A stretch of 62,601 nt of DNA, the filler included, from Pirum gemmata (lineage: Eukaryota): the NCBI GenBank assembly GCA_002812295.1. It is 26 parts of 26 records of this genome, joined end to end, with 100 filler letters (N's around TTAATTAATTAA, not from the genome) between each part and the next. Parts side by side here need not be neighbours in the genome. Positions count along the whole stretch, not along the records: positions 49,423 to 51,471 come from PDIN01008820.1; positions 51,572 to 53,352 come from PDIN01008821.1; positions 53,453 to 55,532 come from PDIN01008822.1; positions 55,633 to 60,543 come from PDIN01008823.1; positions 60,644 to 62,601 come from PDIN01008824.1; 21 more parts are not named here. One strand, written 5' to 3'. Under the pieces are notes generated by a model. That model made no database searches and had not been told where the DNA came from. It worked only from the letters and a program-made list of their open reading frames with translations. Both the position numbers and the translations under genes were made by a program. This document shows, in pieces, positions 51,444 to 62,601 of the stretch. Every line of letters starts with the position of its first letter. Position 1 is the first letter of the stretch.

Positions 51444-51826
51444 TTAAAAAAAAAAAAAAAAAAAAAAAAAANNNNNNNNNNNNNNNNNNNNNNNNNNNNN
51501 NNNNNNNNNNNNNNNTTAATTAATTAANNNNNNNNNNNNNNNNNNNNNNNNNNNNNNNNNNNNNNNNNNNNAATTAATATAATATTTCATATTTACACTT
51601 TTTTTCGTGCCATAAATTCGAATTTTGGTCATTTTTTCGTCTTCGAAGCCTTATATATTATTTTTAAGTTTGCATATTTTCAAACATAATTAATATTTAA
51701 AGGCTCGAATATGAGATCGAAAGTTTTCTGTCTGGTAAAATAATTTGAAAAACATACATTTTTAAGAACTCCACCCTAGGTTTGGTGATATAATTTCCAT
51801 ATTAACAAGGACAATTAATTAATATA

Positions 51827-52078
51827 CCAGTAAAAAATCTGAAGATGAAATTGAATCTAGAAGGGTATTTTTGTCAACTAAGGCATCTAGATTCGTATTT
51901 TAAACTCTTTAATCGACATCTGGATACACTTTTTTTTTTGAGCAAAATAAAAAAAAATATCGATTCAAACGATGGTTTTCAAGTCTAAAAATACCAATCT
52001 AGATGTCTTAGTTGACAAAAATACCCTTCTAGATTCAATTTCATCTTCAGATTTTTCCATCTTCAGATTTTTTACTGG
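51827..52078. mobile_element. Tc1/mariner-type MITE with ~70-bp TIRs and TA TSD
   Basis: TA|CCAGTAAAAAATCTGAAGATG...CATCTTCAGATTTTTTACTGG|TA. The neighbouring ~235-bp repeat copy at 51572 shows the empty site with one fewer TA. Confidence 0.9.
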
Positions 52079-52564
52079 TAATATTTAATATTCATACTTT
52101 TTTTGGTGCCATAAATATTTTGGTCATTTTTTCTTCTTCGAAGCCTTATATAATATTTTTCAAACATAAGTAATATTTAAAGGTTCGAATGTGAGATCGA
52201 AAGTTTTCTGTCCGGTAAAATGATTTGAAATGATTTTTTTTTTAAGAACTCCACCTTCTATATTTGGATGATAATTTCCATATTAACAAAACCCTAACCC
52301 TAACCCTGACCTTGACCCTAACCCTAACCCTAAAATCCTAATCCTAATCCTAACCCTAACCCTAACTCTAACCCTAACCCTAACCCTAACTCTAACCCTA
52401 ACCCTAACCCTAACCCTAACCCTAACCCTAACCCTGACCCTAACCNNNNNNNNNNNNNNNNNNNNNNNNNNNNNCCCTAACCCTAACCCTAACCCTAACC
52501 CTAACCCTAACCCTAACCCTAACCCTAACCCTAACCCTAACCCCTAACCCTAACCCTTTTTTAG

Positions 52565-52733
52565 ACAACCTTATACGGTAAAATGTGACGTTTATAGTTA
52601 TGGGATTGTATTATTTGAAATAATATCAAGAACACCGCCATACGAAGGTCTACATCCACTAGCGGTTGGCTACCAGGTTATGAAAAATGGATTACGCCCA
52701 GAGGCCTGTGGTCCTAAAGAAATTGCAGAAATG
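52565..52733 (+). CDS. TKL-group protein kinase exon (subdomains IX-X)
   Basis: TTTTAG|...|GTACTA boundaries. Translation QPYTVKCDVYSYGIVLFEIISRTPPYEGLHPLAVGYQVMKNGLRP. Confidence 0.88.
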
Positions 52734-53496
52734 GTACTATATTTTAGGGTTAGGGTTAGGGTTAGGGTTAGGGTTAGGGTTAGGGTTTTAGGGTTAGGGT
52801 TAGGGTTAGGGTTAGGGTTAGGGTTTTAGGGTTTTAGGGTTAGGGTTAGGGTTTTAGGGTTTTAGGGTTAGGTTAGGGTTTTAGGGTTAGGGTTAGTGTT
52901 AGGGTTAGGGTTAGGGTTAGGGTCATTTAAAAAATGTTGCCTTTTTATTATTGTTATTATAACCATTGTACTTTAATTTGGGTAGAAAAAGAGTAGAGTT
53001 TTGATATTTTGTTGGTTGTTGTTATTGTTGTTTGTTATTTGTTTTTTATTTGTTATTTGTTGTTATTTGTTGTTTGTTGTTGTTTGTTGTTGTTTGTTGT
53101 TGTTTGTTGTTGTTTGTTGTTGTTTGTTGTTTATGTTGTTGTTGTTGTTAATGATGATGTTGGTTGTGGTTGTTGTTTGTGGGTGGTTGTTATGGGTGTG
53201 GCTGTTTGTTTTTTATTTGCTATTATTATTATTGTTGTAGTTGGTTGTTGTTAGTTGGATATTAGTTGTTGTTGTTAGTTGTTAGTTGTTGGTTGTTGGT
53301 TGTTGGTTGTTGGTTGTTGGTTGTTGGTTGTTGTTTGTTGTTTGTTGTTTGTNNNNNNNNNNNNNNNNNNNNNNNNNNNNNNNNNNNNNNNNNNNNTTAA
53401 TTAATTAANNNNNNNNNNNNNNNNNNNNNNNNNNNNNNNNNNNNNNNNNNNNATATATATATATATATATATATCTAGGTTTTCTTTTCTTTAAAG

Positions 53497-55327
53497 GCGT
53501 CTAACTTAAATATTGGACCTTCTGTTTGGGATTATTGGATTGGGCAGTGTGATACTAATGTACAAGAAAGAATGTCCAATATTTTAAAACAAATGATTAA
53601 AAAAAAAATTGAAACGGTAAATTAGCCTAACCCTAACCCTAACCCTAACCCTAACCCTAACCCTAACTCTAACTCTAAACCTAACCCTTAATAACCCTAA
53701 CCCAACTATATGACTTTAACACAATGTTACAAGTTTTATTGATAGAAAAAATAGTTAAACCCTAGGTTTGGTTAAGGCTTAAGGCTTAGGTTTACATTCT
53801 GATTAGGTTATGCTATTAGAGTTAAGAGATATAACAAGGAATAAGATTAGGATTTGGGTTAGAAATATATGGGTTAGGGTTTGATTCAGAGTTATAATTA
53901 GGGTAAGGGTAAGGAATGGTAAGGGTAAGTTATCAGGATTAGCGTTAGAGTGAGGTTGGAGTGAGGTTAGGGGATTTAGGGTTTGGTTAGGTTTAGGTTT
54001 AGGTGTAGGTTTGTATTCAGGGTTGGGTTGGAGTTAATAGTTATGATTGGGGTTTGAGTTTGGGACTGCGGTTGGAGCTGCGGTTGGGGTTGGGGTTGGG
54101 GCCGTGACCGGGGTTGCGGTTGCGGTTGCGGTTGCGGTTGCGGTTGGGGTTGCGGTTGGGGTTGCGGTTGGGGTTGCGGTTTGGGTTTGGGTTTGGGTTT
54201 GGGTTTGGGTTTGGGTTTGGGTTTGGGTTTGGGTTTTGGTTAGTTCTTTAATGTTACCGCTAGAGCTAGGTTGGGTGGTGAGGGTTTCTAAGTTTAAATT
54301 GGTAGGATAGTTGGGGTTAGGGTTAGGGTTATGATGACTTATTTCAGAAAATATTTAAGGCAAGGTGTAGGTTAAAATGTTAAACCTAAAAAAAAAAACA
54401 GTTGTTGTTTATATATATTATTATTATTATTATTATTTACGTAGGTGGAAAAGTTGGAGAGAACGCAGGATATTGATATTGTCAATGGTTTAATTGCCGC
54501 TATCGAAGAAATGAATTTAGAATTTGAAACATTAAATAAAGGTACAAATATTGTTATTGTTATTGTTATTGTTGTTGTAATTGTTATTGTTTTTGTTTTT
54601 GTTATTGTTATTGTTTTTGTTGTTGTTATTGTTATTATTGTTTATTGTTATTGTTATTGTTATTGTCATTGTCATTGTTATTGTTATTGTTATTGTTATT
54701 GTTATTGTTATTGTTATTGTTATTGTTATTGTTATTGTTATTGTNNNNNNNNNNNNNNNNNNNNNNNNNNNNNNNNNNNNNNNNNNNNTTGTTATTGTTA
54801 TTTTTATTGTTATTGCTATTATTGTTATTGTTATTGTTATTGTTACTGTTATTGTTATTGTTATTGTTATTGTTATTGTTATTGTTATTGTTATGTTTAT
54901 TTTTTTTTGTTATTATTATTGTTATTGTTACTTATTTTATAGTTTTTTAAATTTACAGTTATTTAATTACGGTAAGTTAATCACTACTAATCTTTGCCTT
55001 GAGTAAATTTTGTAAATGATAATAGTAATGGTTATATAATTACGGTTAGGTATTGAGTTATCAAGTGGTTATCATTGCTTTCTAGTTTTAGATTACATGC
55101 CACAATCATTATCAGAACACTTAAAGACTTTAACGAGCGTTGAAATAAGTGAAATAAATGTTAAACAAAAGAATATGATATTATCGTTATTAAATAACAA
55201 TATTGTTCACAATGATTATGGATTACAAAATTGGATGATAAATGCGGATGGAAAGCTCAAATTAATTGACTACGGCTTAGCTTTTGAAATAAACGGTGAT
55301 CAAACGAAATGGTTGGTATATAGTTAA
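53497..55327 (+). CDS. Divergent protein kinase-like gene, exons 53497-53616, 54445-54541, 55050-55327
   Basis: Phase-compatible GT-AG introns. Last exon has FLVLDYM, IVHNDYGLQNWMI and LKLIDYGLA. Confidence 0.75.
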
Positions 55328-55459
55328 AACTGAATTATGTTATTTACTTGTTGATTTAATTAATGCTAATGACTATGTTGATTATTTTGATTATTATTAT
55401 TATTATTATTATTTGTTGTTGTTGTTTGTTGTTGATTGTTGTTTGTTATTATTGTTGTT

Positions 55460-55508
<49 letters not shown>

Positions 55509-57293
55509 TATTATTATTATTAGTATATTATTNNNNNNNNNNNNNNNNNNNNNNNNNNNNNNNNNNNNNNNNNNNNTTAATTAATTAANNNNNNNNNNNN
55601 NNNNNNNNNNNNNNNNNNNNNNNNNNNNNNNNAATAATAATAATAATAATAATAATAATAATTTATCATACAATCCTTTTTTTTATTATTAAAAAATTTA
55701 ATTTTTTAATCTTGTGTTCACCCACGCTGCAGCCATCCAACTTTAAATAGGGCAATATAATATTCTTATCTTTAGAATAAAATTTCTTTAACTAAACTCT
55801 AACCCTAACCCTAACCCTTAAACGAACCCCAACTTACCCAAACCCTAACGCTAACCTTAACCTAATTTCCAGTTAGATCCCTACCCCTAACGGTTTAACT
55901 AACCTTTCTAAGCTAAACTTTGTATTGGTTAGAATTGTTTTTTTGATTGAAAACTCGATTAAAATTCTAATTCGAGTTTAATTATTAATTATGTTTGGTA
56001 TTTTAAATTAAGCGAACAAATTTATTAGATAGATGTTTTTAGACTATTGTGCTCCATATTTATCCCATTTTTTTAATTATTATGTAATTTATAGGAGAGA
56101 TGACGCTATTTTCCGTTAAAATTGCCTCCCCCCATGAAATTGGGCCAAAGCGGTGACGATGATGGTAATTAGTATCACGATAGCACCAAAAAAAAAAAAA
56201 TAGAGCGTAGTGATGACGGCTTGTGTGTAGTAAATAAAGCCGTCACTCCTCCTCCAATATATTACCTAAANNNNNNNNNNNNNNNNNNNNNNNNNNNNNN
56301 NNNNNNNNNNNNNNNNNNNNNNNNNNNNNNNNNNNNNNNNNNNNNNNNNNNNNNNNNNNNNNNNNNNNNNNNNNNAATAATAATAATAATAATAATGTAA
56401 GTAGTAGCAGTAATAGCAGTAGTAGTAGTAGTAGTAACAGTAGTAGCAGTACGTAGTAGATTCGTTAATCGTTAATCGTTAGTAGTAATAGTGATAGTAA
56501 TAGTAATAGTAATAGTAATGGTAATGGTAATGGTAATAGTAAAAGTAATAGTAATAGTAATATAAAATAATAGTAATAGTAATAGTGATGGTGATAGTAA
56601 TAGTATTAGTAATTATAGTAATAGTAATAGTAATAGCAATAGTATTAGTAGTAGTAATAGTAATAGTAATTGTAATTGTAATTGTAATTGTAATAGTAAT
56701 TACGATAGTAATTAATATTGTAATAGCTAGCAATTGCAATAGTAATTGCAATAGTAATAGTAATAGTAATAGTAACAGTAATAGTAATAGTAATAGTAAT
56801 AGTAATTGGTATAAGCAATTCGTCGTCGTCGTCATCGTTAACATAGTTCCTTACGTCTTCCATAATAATAATAATAATAATAATAATTAACAATAACAAT
56901 AATAATATATAATAATAACAATAACAATAATGATAATAATGGGATCTAAACCTCAACAATGATAATACCAAAAAAAGGAGAAAAAAAGGAGAAAACAAAA
57001 TTTTACATCGAGCCGAATTTCCAGAGAAATATTTCAAAAAAACCAGTCTTCCGCTTTTTACGTTTGGCAACTGTAAAAAAAAGGGACTACCAAAAAAAAA
57101 ATAAAAAAAAAAAAATTCGTGTAAAAAGGTTCAATTTTTTTTGATGAAATTATTTCTCAATAATTTTGTTTTGATCAAAAAAAAAAGTTGCCAAAAACCC
57201 TATTAGTCAAATATTAAATTTAAAACCAAAAAAAAACATTATTGGTCTAGCACTAACAATCAGATAACGATTTCACCATTACCAATAAAATAC

Positions 57294-57365
57294 AGTCGCC
57301 GACGGGGCTCGAACCCGCAACCTTTAGATTCGAAGTCTAACAATCTGCCATTGATATACGACGAC
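57294..57365 (-). tRNA. tRNA-Arg (anticodon TCG)
   Basis: Acceptor GTCGTCG/CGGCGAC, anticodon arm TTAGA-CTTCGAA-TCTAA, T arm GCGGG-TTCGAGC-CCCGT, TTTT terminator 4 nt downstream. D stem is atypical. Confidence 0.88.
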
Positions 57366-57423
57366 TTCACTGGTATCGGTTGGCTACTTTTCAATACAAA
57401 GATTAAATACCTTGTATTAGACG

Positions 57424-58332
57424 TGACGTCATATATGACGTCATTTCAGGGTTAGGGTTAGGACGAAGACCAATTTAGCTGGGATAGCGTGATATAATGA
57501 CGTCATGTTTGACGACTGTTGTATTTATTATTATTAGTATTAATTATTGTTGTTATTTAATAATATTTATTATCATTTATTATTATTTATCACTATTTAT
57601 TATTATTAATTATTAATTATTAATTATCATTTATTAGTATTAATTGTTATCAATTATTATCCAATAATTATTTTATATTATCCACTTTCATGTTGTATTT
57701 ATTATTTATTATTTATTATTATTTATTATTATTTATTATTTATCATTACTATTAATTATTTATATTTATTAGTAATTGAAATTCATTATTATCAAATAAT
57801 CATTTTATATTATTCACTTTCAATGTTGTATGTATTAGTATTATTAGTATTAATTATTATTATTATTTATTATTACTTATTATAACTTATATTTTTATTA
57901 ATTATTAATTATCAATAATTGTTATTAGTATTAATTATTATTATTTATTATTTATTAGTACTAATTGTAATTAATTATTATCCAATACTTATTTTATATT
58001 ATTCACTTTTATGTTATATTTAAGAGTATTAATTATTAGTATTAATTATTGTTATTATTATTTATTTATTATTATTATTTATTATTATTATTTATTATTT
58101 ATTATAAAGTAATATTAATTGTAATTGATTATTATCCAATAATCATTTAATATTATTCACTTTCAGGCTGTATTCATTAGTATTGATTATTAGAATTAAT
58201 TATTATTATTATTATATAATATTATTTTACTACGATATTAATTATTATTAATTATTTATTATTATTATTATTATTACGGTTAGCTTGGATAGTGTAGGTG
58301 CGGTAGGTGCGGTGACGTCATGTTTGACGTCA
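57424..58332. promoter_or_regulatory. Cluster of five TGACGTCA (CRE/ATF-type) palindromes upstream of the tRNA
   Basis: Sites at 57424, 57436, 57498, 58313 and 58325; function inferred only. Confidence 0.4.
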
Positions 58333-58456
58333 TTTAACAATTATTTTACTGTCAGTCAGTGTTGTATTTATAAGTGTTAATTAATTGTTATTATTAATTA
58401 TTATTANNNNNNNNNNNNNNNNNNNNNNNNNNNNNNNNNNNNNNNNNNNNNNNNAA

Positions 58457-58507
<51 letters not shown>

Positions 58508-58692
58508 AACTTAAACTAAAAAAAGGCACCAAGGTATGCTGACGTAAAAATTAAAAAGAAAAAGAACGAATAGATAATAGTATAGAATCATTCTCAGTAG
58601 AGTACATGTAATATCATTATAATTACAATATTCCTATCATCATTGCCTCTGTGGTTATTGATGTTACTTAAACTTTTACTGAACATTGTCAA

Positions 58693-59407
58693 TTAACTAT
58701 CCTTATACTTGTTCTTTTCCTTAATCTGTTTCATTATCGTTTCCAATATTCATATTCATACGATAGCAGATTTAATAAAATTATCATTAAAGGTATGATA
58801 GCATTACTATAAATATACTTATGTAGTTGTTGTAGTTGTTATTGTTGTTGTTGTTGTCGTTGTGTCGTTGTTGTTGTTGTTGTTGTTGCCATAGCTGTTG
58901 TTGCTATTGATTGCGTGGTGTGGTGGGATGTGGTGTTGGTGCTGCGTATCGTGGTGTTGGTGATACGTCATGTGGTGGTGTTGGTGCTGCATGTGGTGTG
59001 TTATGTTAAGGTGTGGTGCGTTTATGTTGTGGTGTGGCGTGGTGTGGCGTGGTGTGGCGTGGTGTGGCGTGGTGTGGCGTGGTGTGTTACATTGTATACA
59101 TTGTGCTATACCGTGTGGCATTTTCTACAGCAATAACGACAACCGCGTTCATTATATTTCCAACATAGCTGAAAAGCAATGCTTTTATTATCAAAGTCAA
59201 TAATAATGAATATTAATTTGTTTAATAAGTTTTCAAGAGTGGCTTTTGATATGTTTAGTTTATCTTTTTTCGTCATCTTTTTTCAATCTTCCAGTACAAT
59301 ACAATATAATATAATATTAAAAAATATAGTATAATNCTAAAACCCTGGTAGTATAAGTATAGTTAAAAAGCTTACTTACCGGTTGCGGCCAGTGACAGAA
59401 GCCGTTG
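58693..59407 (-). CDS. Possible three small terminal exons (59407-59380, 59168-59112, 58725-58693) of a Cys-rich protein
   Basis: CAG|...|GTAAGT, CAG|...|GTATAG and CAG|...TAA. One consistent frame reads NGFCHWPQP|LCWKYNERGCRYCCRKCHT|IKEKNKYKDS*. Confidence 0.35.
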
Positions 59408-59486
59408 CTGAATATATAATTTTATTTATTAAGAAGTGCGTTATACAATTGATATGATAATAATAAGAGTGGTATTAGCAATAAGC

Positions 59487-59529
<43 letters not shown>

Positions 59530-61724
59530 GTATCGGTAATGAAGATGGTAATCACATCATGATAATATTATTTTTAGAAGTTAGTTCCCAATTTTTCTTG
59601 TTAAAAAACCTGATCGTGACTATGTACAATTTTTTGAAGTTTTCTTTCTCTTTTATTCTTTTCTTTTATAAGAAAAGAGTTAGGGTTAGGTAATAAAAAT
59701 AATAATAATAATGGTAGTATTGGTAATGATGATAATCACATGATAATACACTTATCCCATTTTTTTTTTTGTTTTAAAAAACATTATCGTGACTTAACTT
59801 ATTTGATTTGTGTCCAATTTTTTGAAGTTTTCTTTCTTTTCTTNNNNNNNNNNNNNNNNNNNNNNNNNNNNNNNNNNNNNNNNNNNNNNNNNNNNNNNNN
59901 NNNNNNNNNNNNNNNNNNNNNNNNNGTGGGCACGGGCGAGAGAATTTGACGAATTGGACAACACTGGTGCATAGTGCAGCACAGCGTCAGTGCTATCATA
60001 GATAGTCTAGTATGAATCTGTATGATAGATATCCGTCCTACGTAGGCTGTATATAGTATACCAGGTAGTGTTTTCAATAAATAGTACCAAATTAATACAA
60101 TATAAATCCATTTAATTTAATTTGGTATATTTTATTAACTAATAATTGATTTAAAAACGTCAATTTAAAGATTATAACCCTCAAATAAATATTCAGAGCG
60201 ACAAAATAAATGAAAAGCACAAGACAATATCTTCAGTAACTATGATCGAGCAACCACTTAGTTCTCTAGCTAGTAGCTTACCACCACAACACTACCACAA
60301 CTCTACCAAGTAGCAAAGCTAGCTAGCTAGCTAGCTAGGGGGTGAGTTGTTGACAGCTATCTGGATTCTGGAGGCTCAGCTGACATTCTCTAGCTAGTCT
60401 AGCTAGTAGTGGCTAGCTACTAGCTAGAGCTTAGGAACGCCAACTTCCGGTCAAATACAGCTTCAAATACCCCTACCTACCTACCCCTCGACGTTAATTT
60501 CCGGTCAAATACCACCTACCTACCTACCCTTTGACGTGACGTANNNNNNNNNNNNNNNNNNNNNNNNNNNNNNNNNNNNNNNNNNNNTTAATTAATTAAN
60601 NNNNNNNNNNNNNNNNNNNNNNNNNNNNNNNNNNNNNNNNNNNCTCTTTTTAAAGTAACTACTTAAATAAGTAGCTACTAAATAAATAATTACAAATACT
60701 AAATATGGTAAGGCGAAACAGGCGAACATCATTTACTTTGTGCCTCGGTCAAAAAAGTTCGCCATAAGAGTTCTCACCCCTCCTATTTTAGGTATGTTTT
60801 CTGTTTCAAAATAAATACTTTTTAAACTTGGAGTGATAAATTTAAGGATAATTGGGTCTGGGTGCTAACCTTCTCCTTTTTCTAGTAGAGGAAAACAGCT
60901 AGTTACTAACTAGTACGAGGAAAACATAAACTATCTGCTGTTTCTGCTATCATATAGTTATCATATGCACATAGTAGGTATTTAGATCCCCTGGGTATAT
61001 AGGGGTCTGTAGCTACAAAGAATACAACCAGCCTATCGATACAAACAAAGCCACAGACAACACCCTGCTTGTAGACTAACAACTGACTAATAACACTACT
61101 ACTAACTGGCTAGCTAGAGCATTGATATGTATTGGTAGTCTATTTATGAATTATACTGGACTCCAACAACTACTCCAACGGACTCCTGTTTTCGCACAAT
61201 TATCTGTTTATCCCACAAAAAGTGTCTATATTTTATTATAAGATTCTATATAATTTTATAATACACATAATTTATTATTATATATAAGAAGGTTTAGCTA
61301 GGGTTAGGGTTAGGGTTAGGGTTAGGGTTAGGGTTAGGGTTAGGGTTAGGGTTAGGGTTAGGGTTAGGGTTAGGGTTAGGGTTAGACAGTAAAAGTCTAC
61401 AACGTAAGTCTACCCTGCCGTAGCTACTACTTGACTTCTGTATCATTTATTATACTTGACGTTTACAATAAATAGACTTGTAGAAAAGGCCTACTGGTAG
61501 ACCGATCCTCCTCTTTACGATAGAAATCTCCTCTGCCTCCACTCCTCTTTAAAAAAAAAATTTGCTCTGCCCAGACTCACCGAAAGCAGTCTACCAGTAA
61601 ACTGAAGTCTACTACTACTCTTTTTAATTAATTGAAATTATTTATATATTATTAGAGTATGATATTATAGATAATAAATATTTTATAAAAATAAGTCTCC
61701 AAAAAATTTACTATGCTAATATAG

Positions 61725-61952
61725 TAGGGGTGAGATGACGTCATATTATTATTACCGAGCAGCTGCCAGAACTTTTCCGATTTTATGGTTTTATTACTAT
61801 TAATGTCAATATTATTACTTTAATTGGTATCTACTATAATTAGATTTACTATTTTAAGCTATTTACCTGCTATTATAAGTAAAGAACACGGAACTAAGGT
61901 TGGCTCGATAAGCATATGTTCGAAAAAAGTTCCAGTAGACATCTCACCCCTA
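61725..61952 (+). mobile_element. MITE family D (hAT-like TAGGGGTGAGATG TIR)
   Basis: TAGGGGTGAGATGAC ... GACATCTCACCCCTA; second partial copy at 2168-2250. Confidence 0.8.
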
Positions 61953-62412
61953 CTACTAATATTTATACTATACTATTTTTTAAAATATAAATAAAAATTT
62001 AAAAAGTATCATTTATTTAAAAATAAATAATAATAATAGAGAAACATGATTATTCTTTTAGTTGAATTAATATTGTGTCTCACTTAAAAAACGACAGCGG
62101 TTATTGGTATATAATTATCATTAATATTATTGTTTCTATTATCAAAACATTATTATCATTGTCAACATTTTTATTTTTTTATCATTATTATTATTATTAT
62201 TATTATTATGACTTGTTAGTATTGTGCTGAGATCATTAATTTTAAAATAGTTATAAAATAAAATTAAAAAAAAATAAAAAAAAATAGATAAAAAATTTGT
62301 TTTTTTATTTTGTTATTATTATAGTATTATTATATGGAATATTTTAGAAATCAAAATGTTTGCTATTACACCTTTTGATTATATATTATACCATTACAAA
62401 CATGCGACCCTA

Positions 62413-62601
62413 TGTTATAAATATTTTAATAGAGATTTTAATTCTTATTAATGTCGTCCGGCGGCTCGAAGTACCCTCGAGCCGAGTTCGGTTCGTTATA
62501 TAAATACTCGAGATATAGACCCGATAATATGTATGATCGGAGCCGGCCAGTTCGAGCCCGACCGAGTCTCTAAAGTTCGGAGTCCCAGCCAATGAGGATC
62601 C
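62413..62601. mobile_element. Possible LTR edge of a retrotransposon (truncated by window end)
   Basis: Starts TGTTATAA, then shifts to CpG-rich sequence with a CCAAT box; no PBS, PPT or ORF visible. Confidence 0.3.

Noticed and set aside
52291..52922. Ciliate-style telomere-capped nanochromosomes
   Set aside because: Arrays continue into ordinary sequence on the outer side and bracket single internal exons, not whole genes. Long reads would be needed to exclude it fully.
2068..60643. Recurrent TTAATTAATTAA motif between N runs as a biological repeat
   Set aside because: Fixed 44N+12+44N format; it is an artificial six-frame-stop linker. Gene order across linkers is not evidence of clustering.

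Overview
This is not one contiguous locus. It is about 26 short scaffolds (mostly ~2 kb) of a very AT-rich, intron-containing eukaryote, joined by 25 artificial 100-bp linkers (44 N + TTAATTAATTAA + 44 N), so neighbourhood across linkers means nothing. Supported coding pieces: a 5-exon Tousled-like kinase fragment, an anoctamin, a POT/PTR transporter, a GATA zinc-finger protein, a secreted oxalate-decarboxylase-like bicupin, a DUF616/TOD1-MUCI70-type glycosyltransferase, a two-domain GT-A/GT2 protein, two other kinase fragments, a SPRY exon, a J-domain-like membrane protein, a His-rich secreted protein and a possible RRP8 first exon. There is also one tRNA-Arg(TCG). Non-coding DNA is dominated by microsatellites, interstitial TTAGGG/CCCTAA arrays (often abutting splice sites), several satellites (one with a 193-bp higher-order repeat) and about eight MITE-like families, some with target-site duplications confirmed by neighbouring empty sites. 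Most ORFs in the supplied track are translations of simple repeats. I found no multi-gene novel system. The most unusual signal is the placement and orientation of telomere-type repeats at splice sites. Family assignments come from motif recognition, not database searches.
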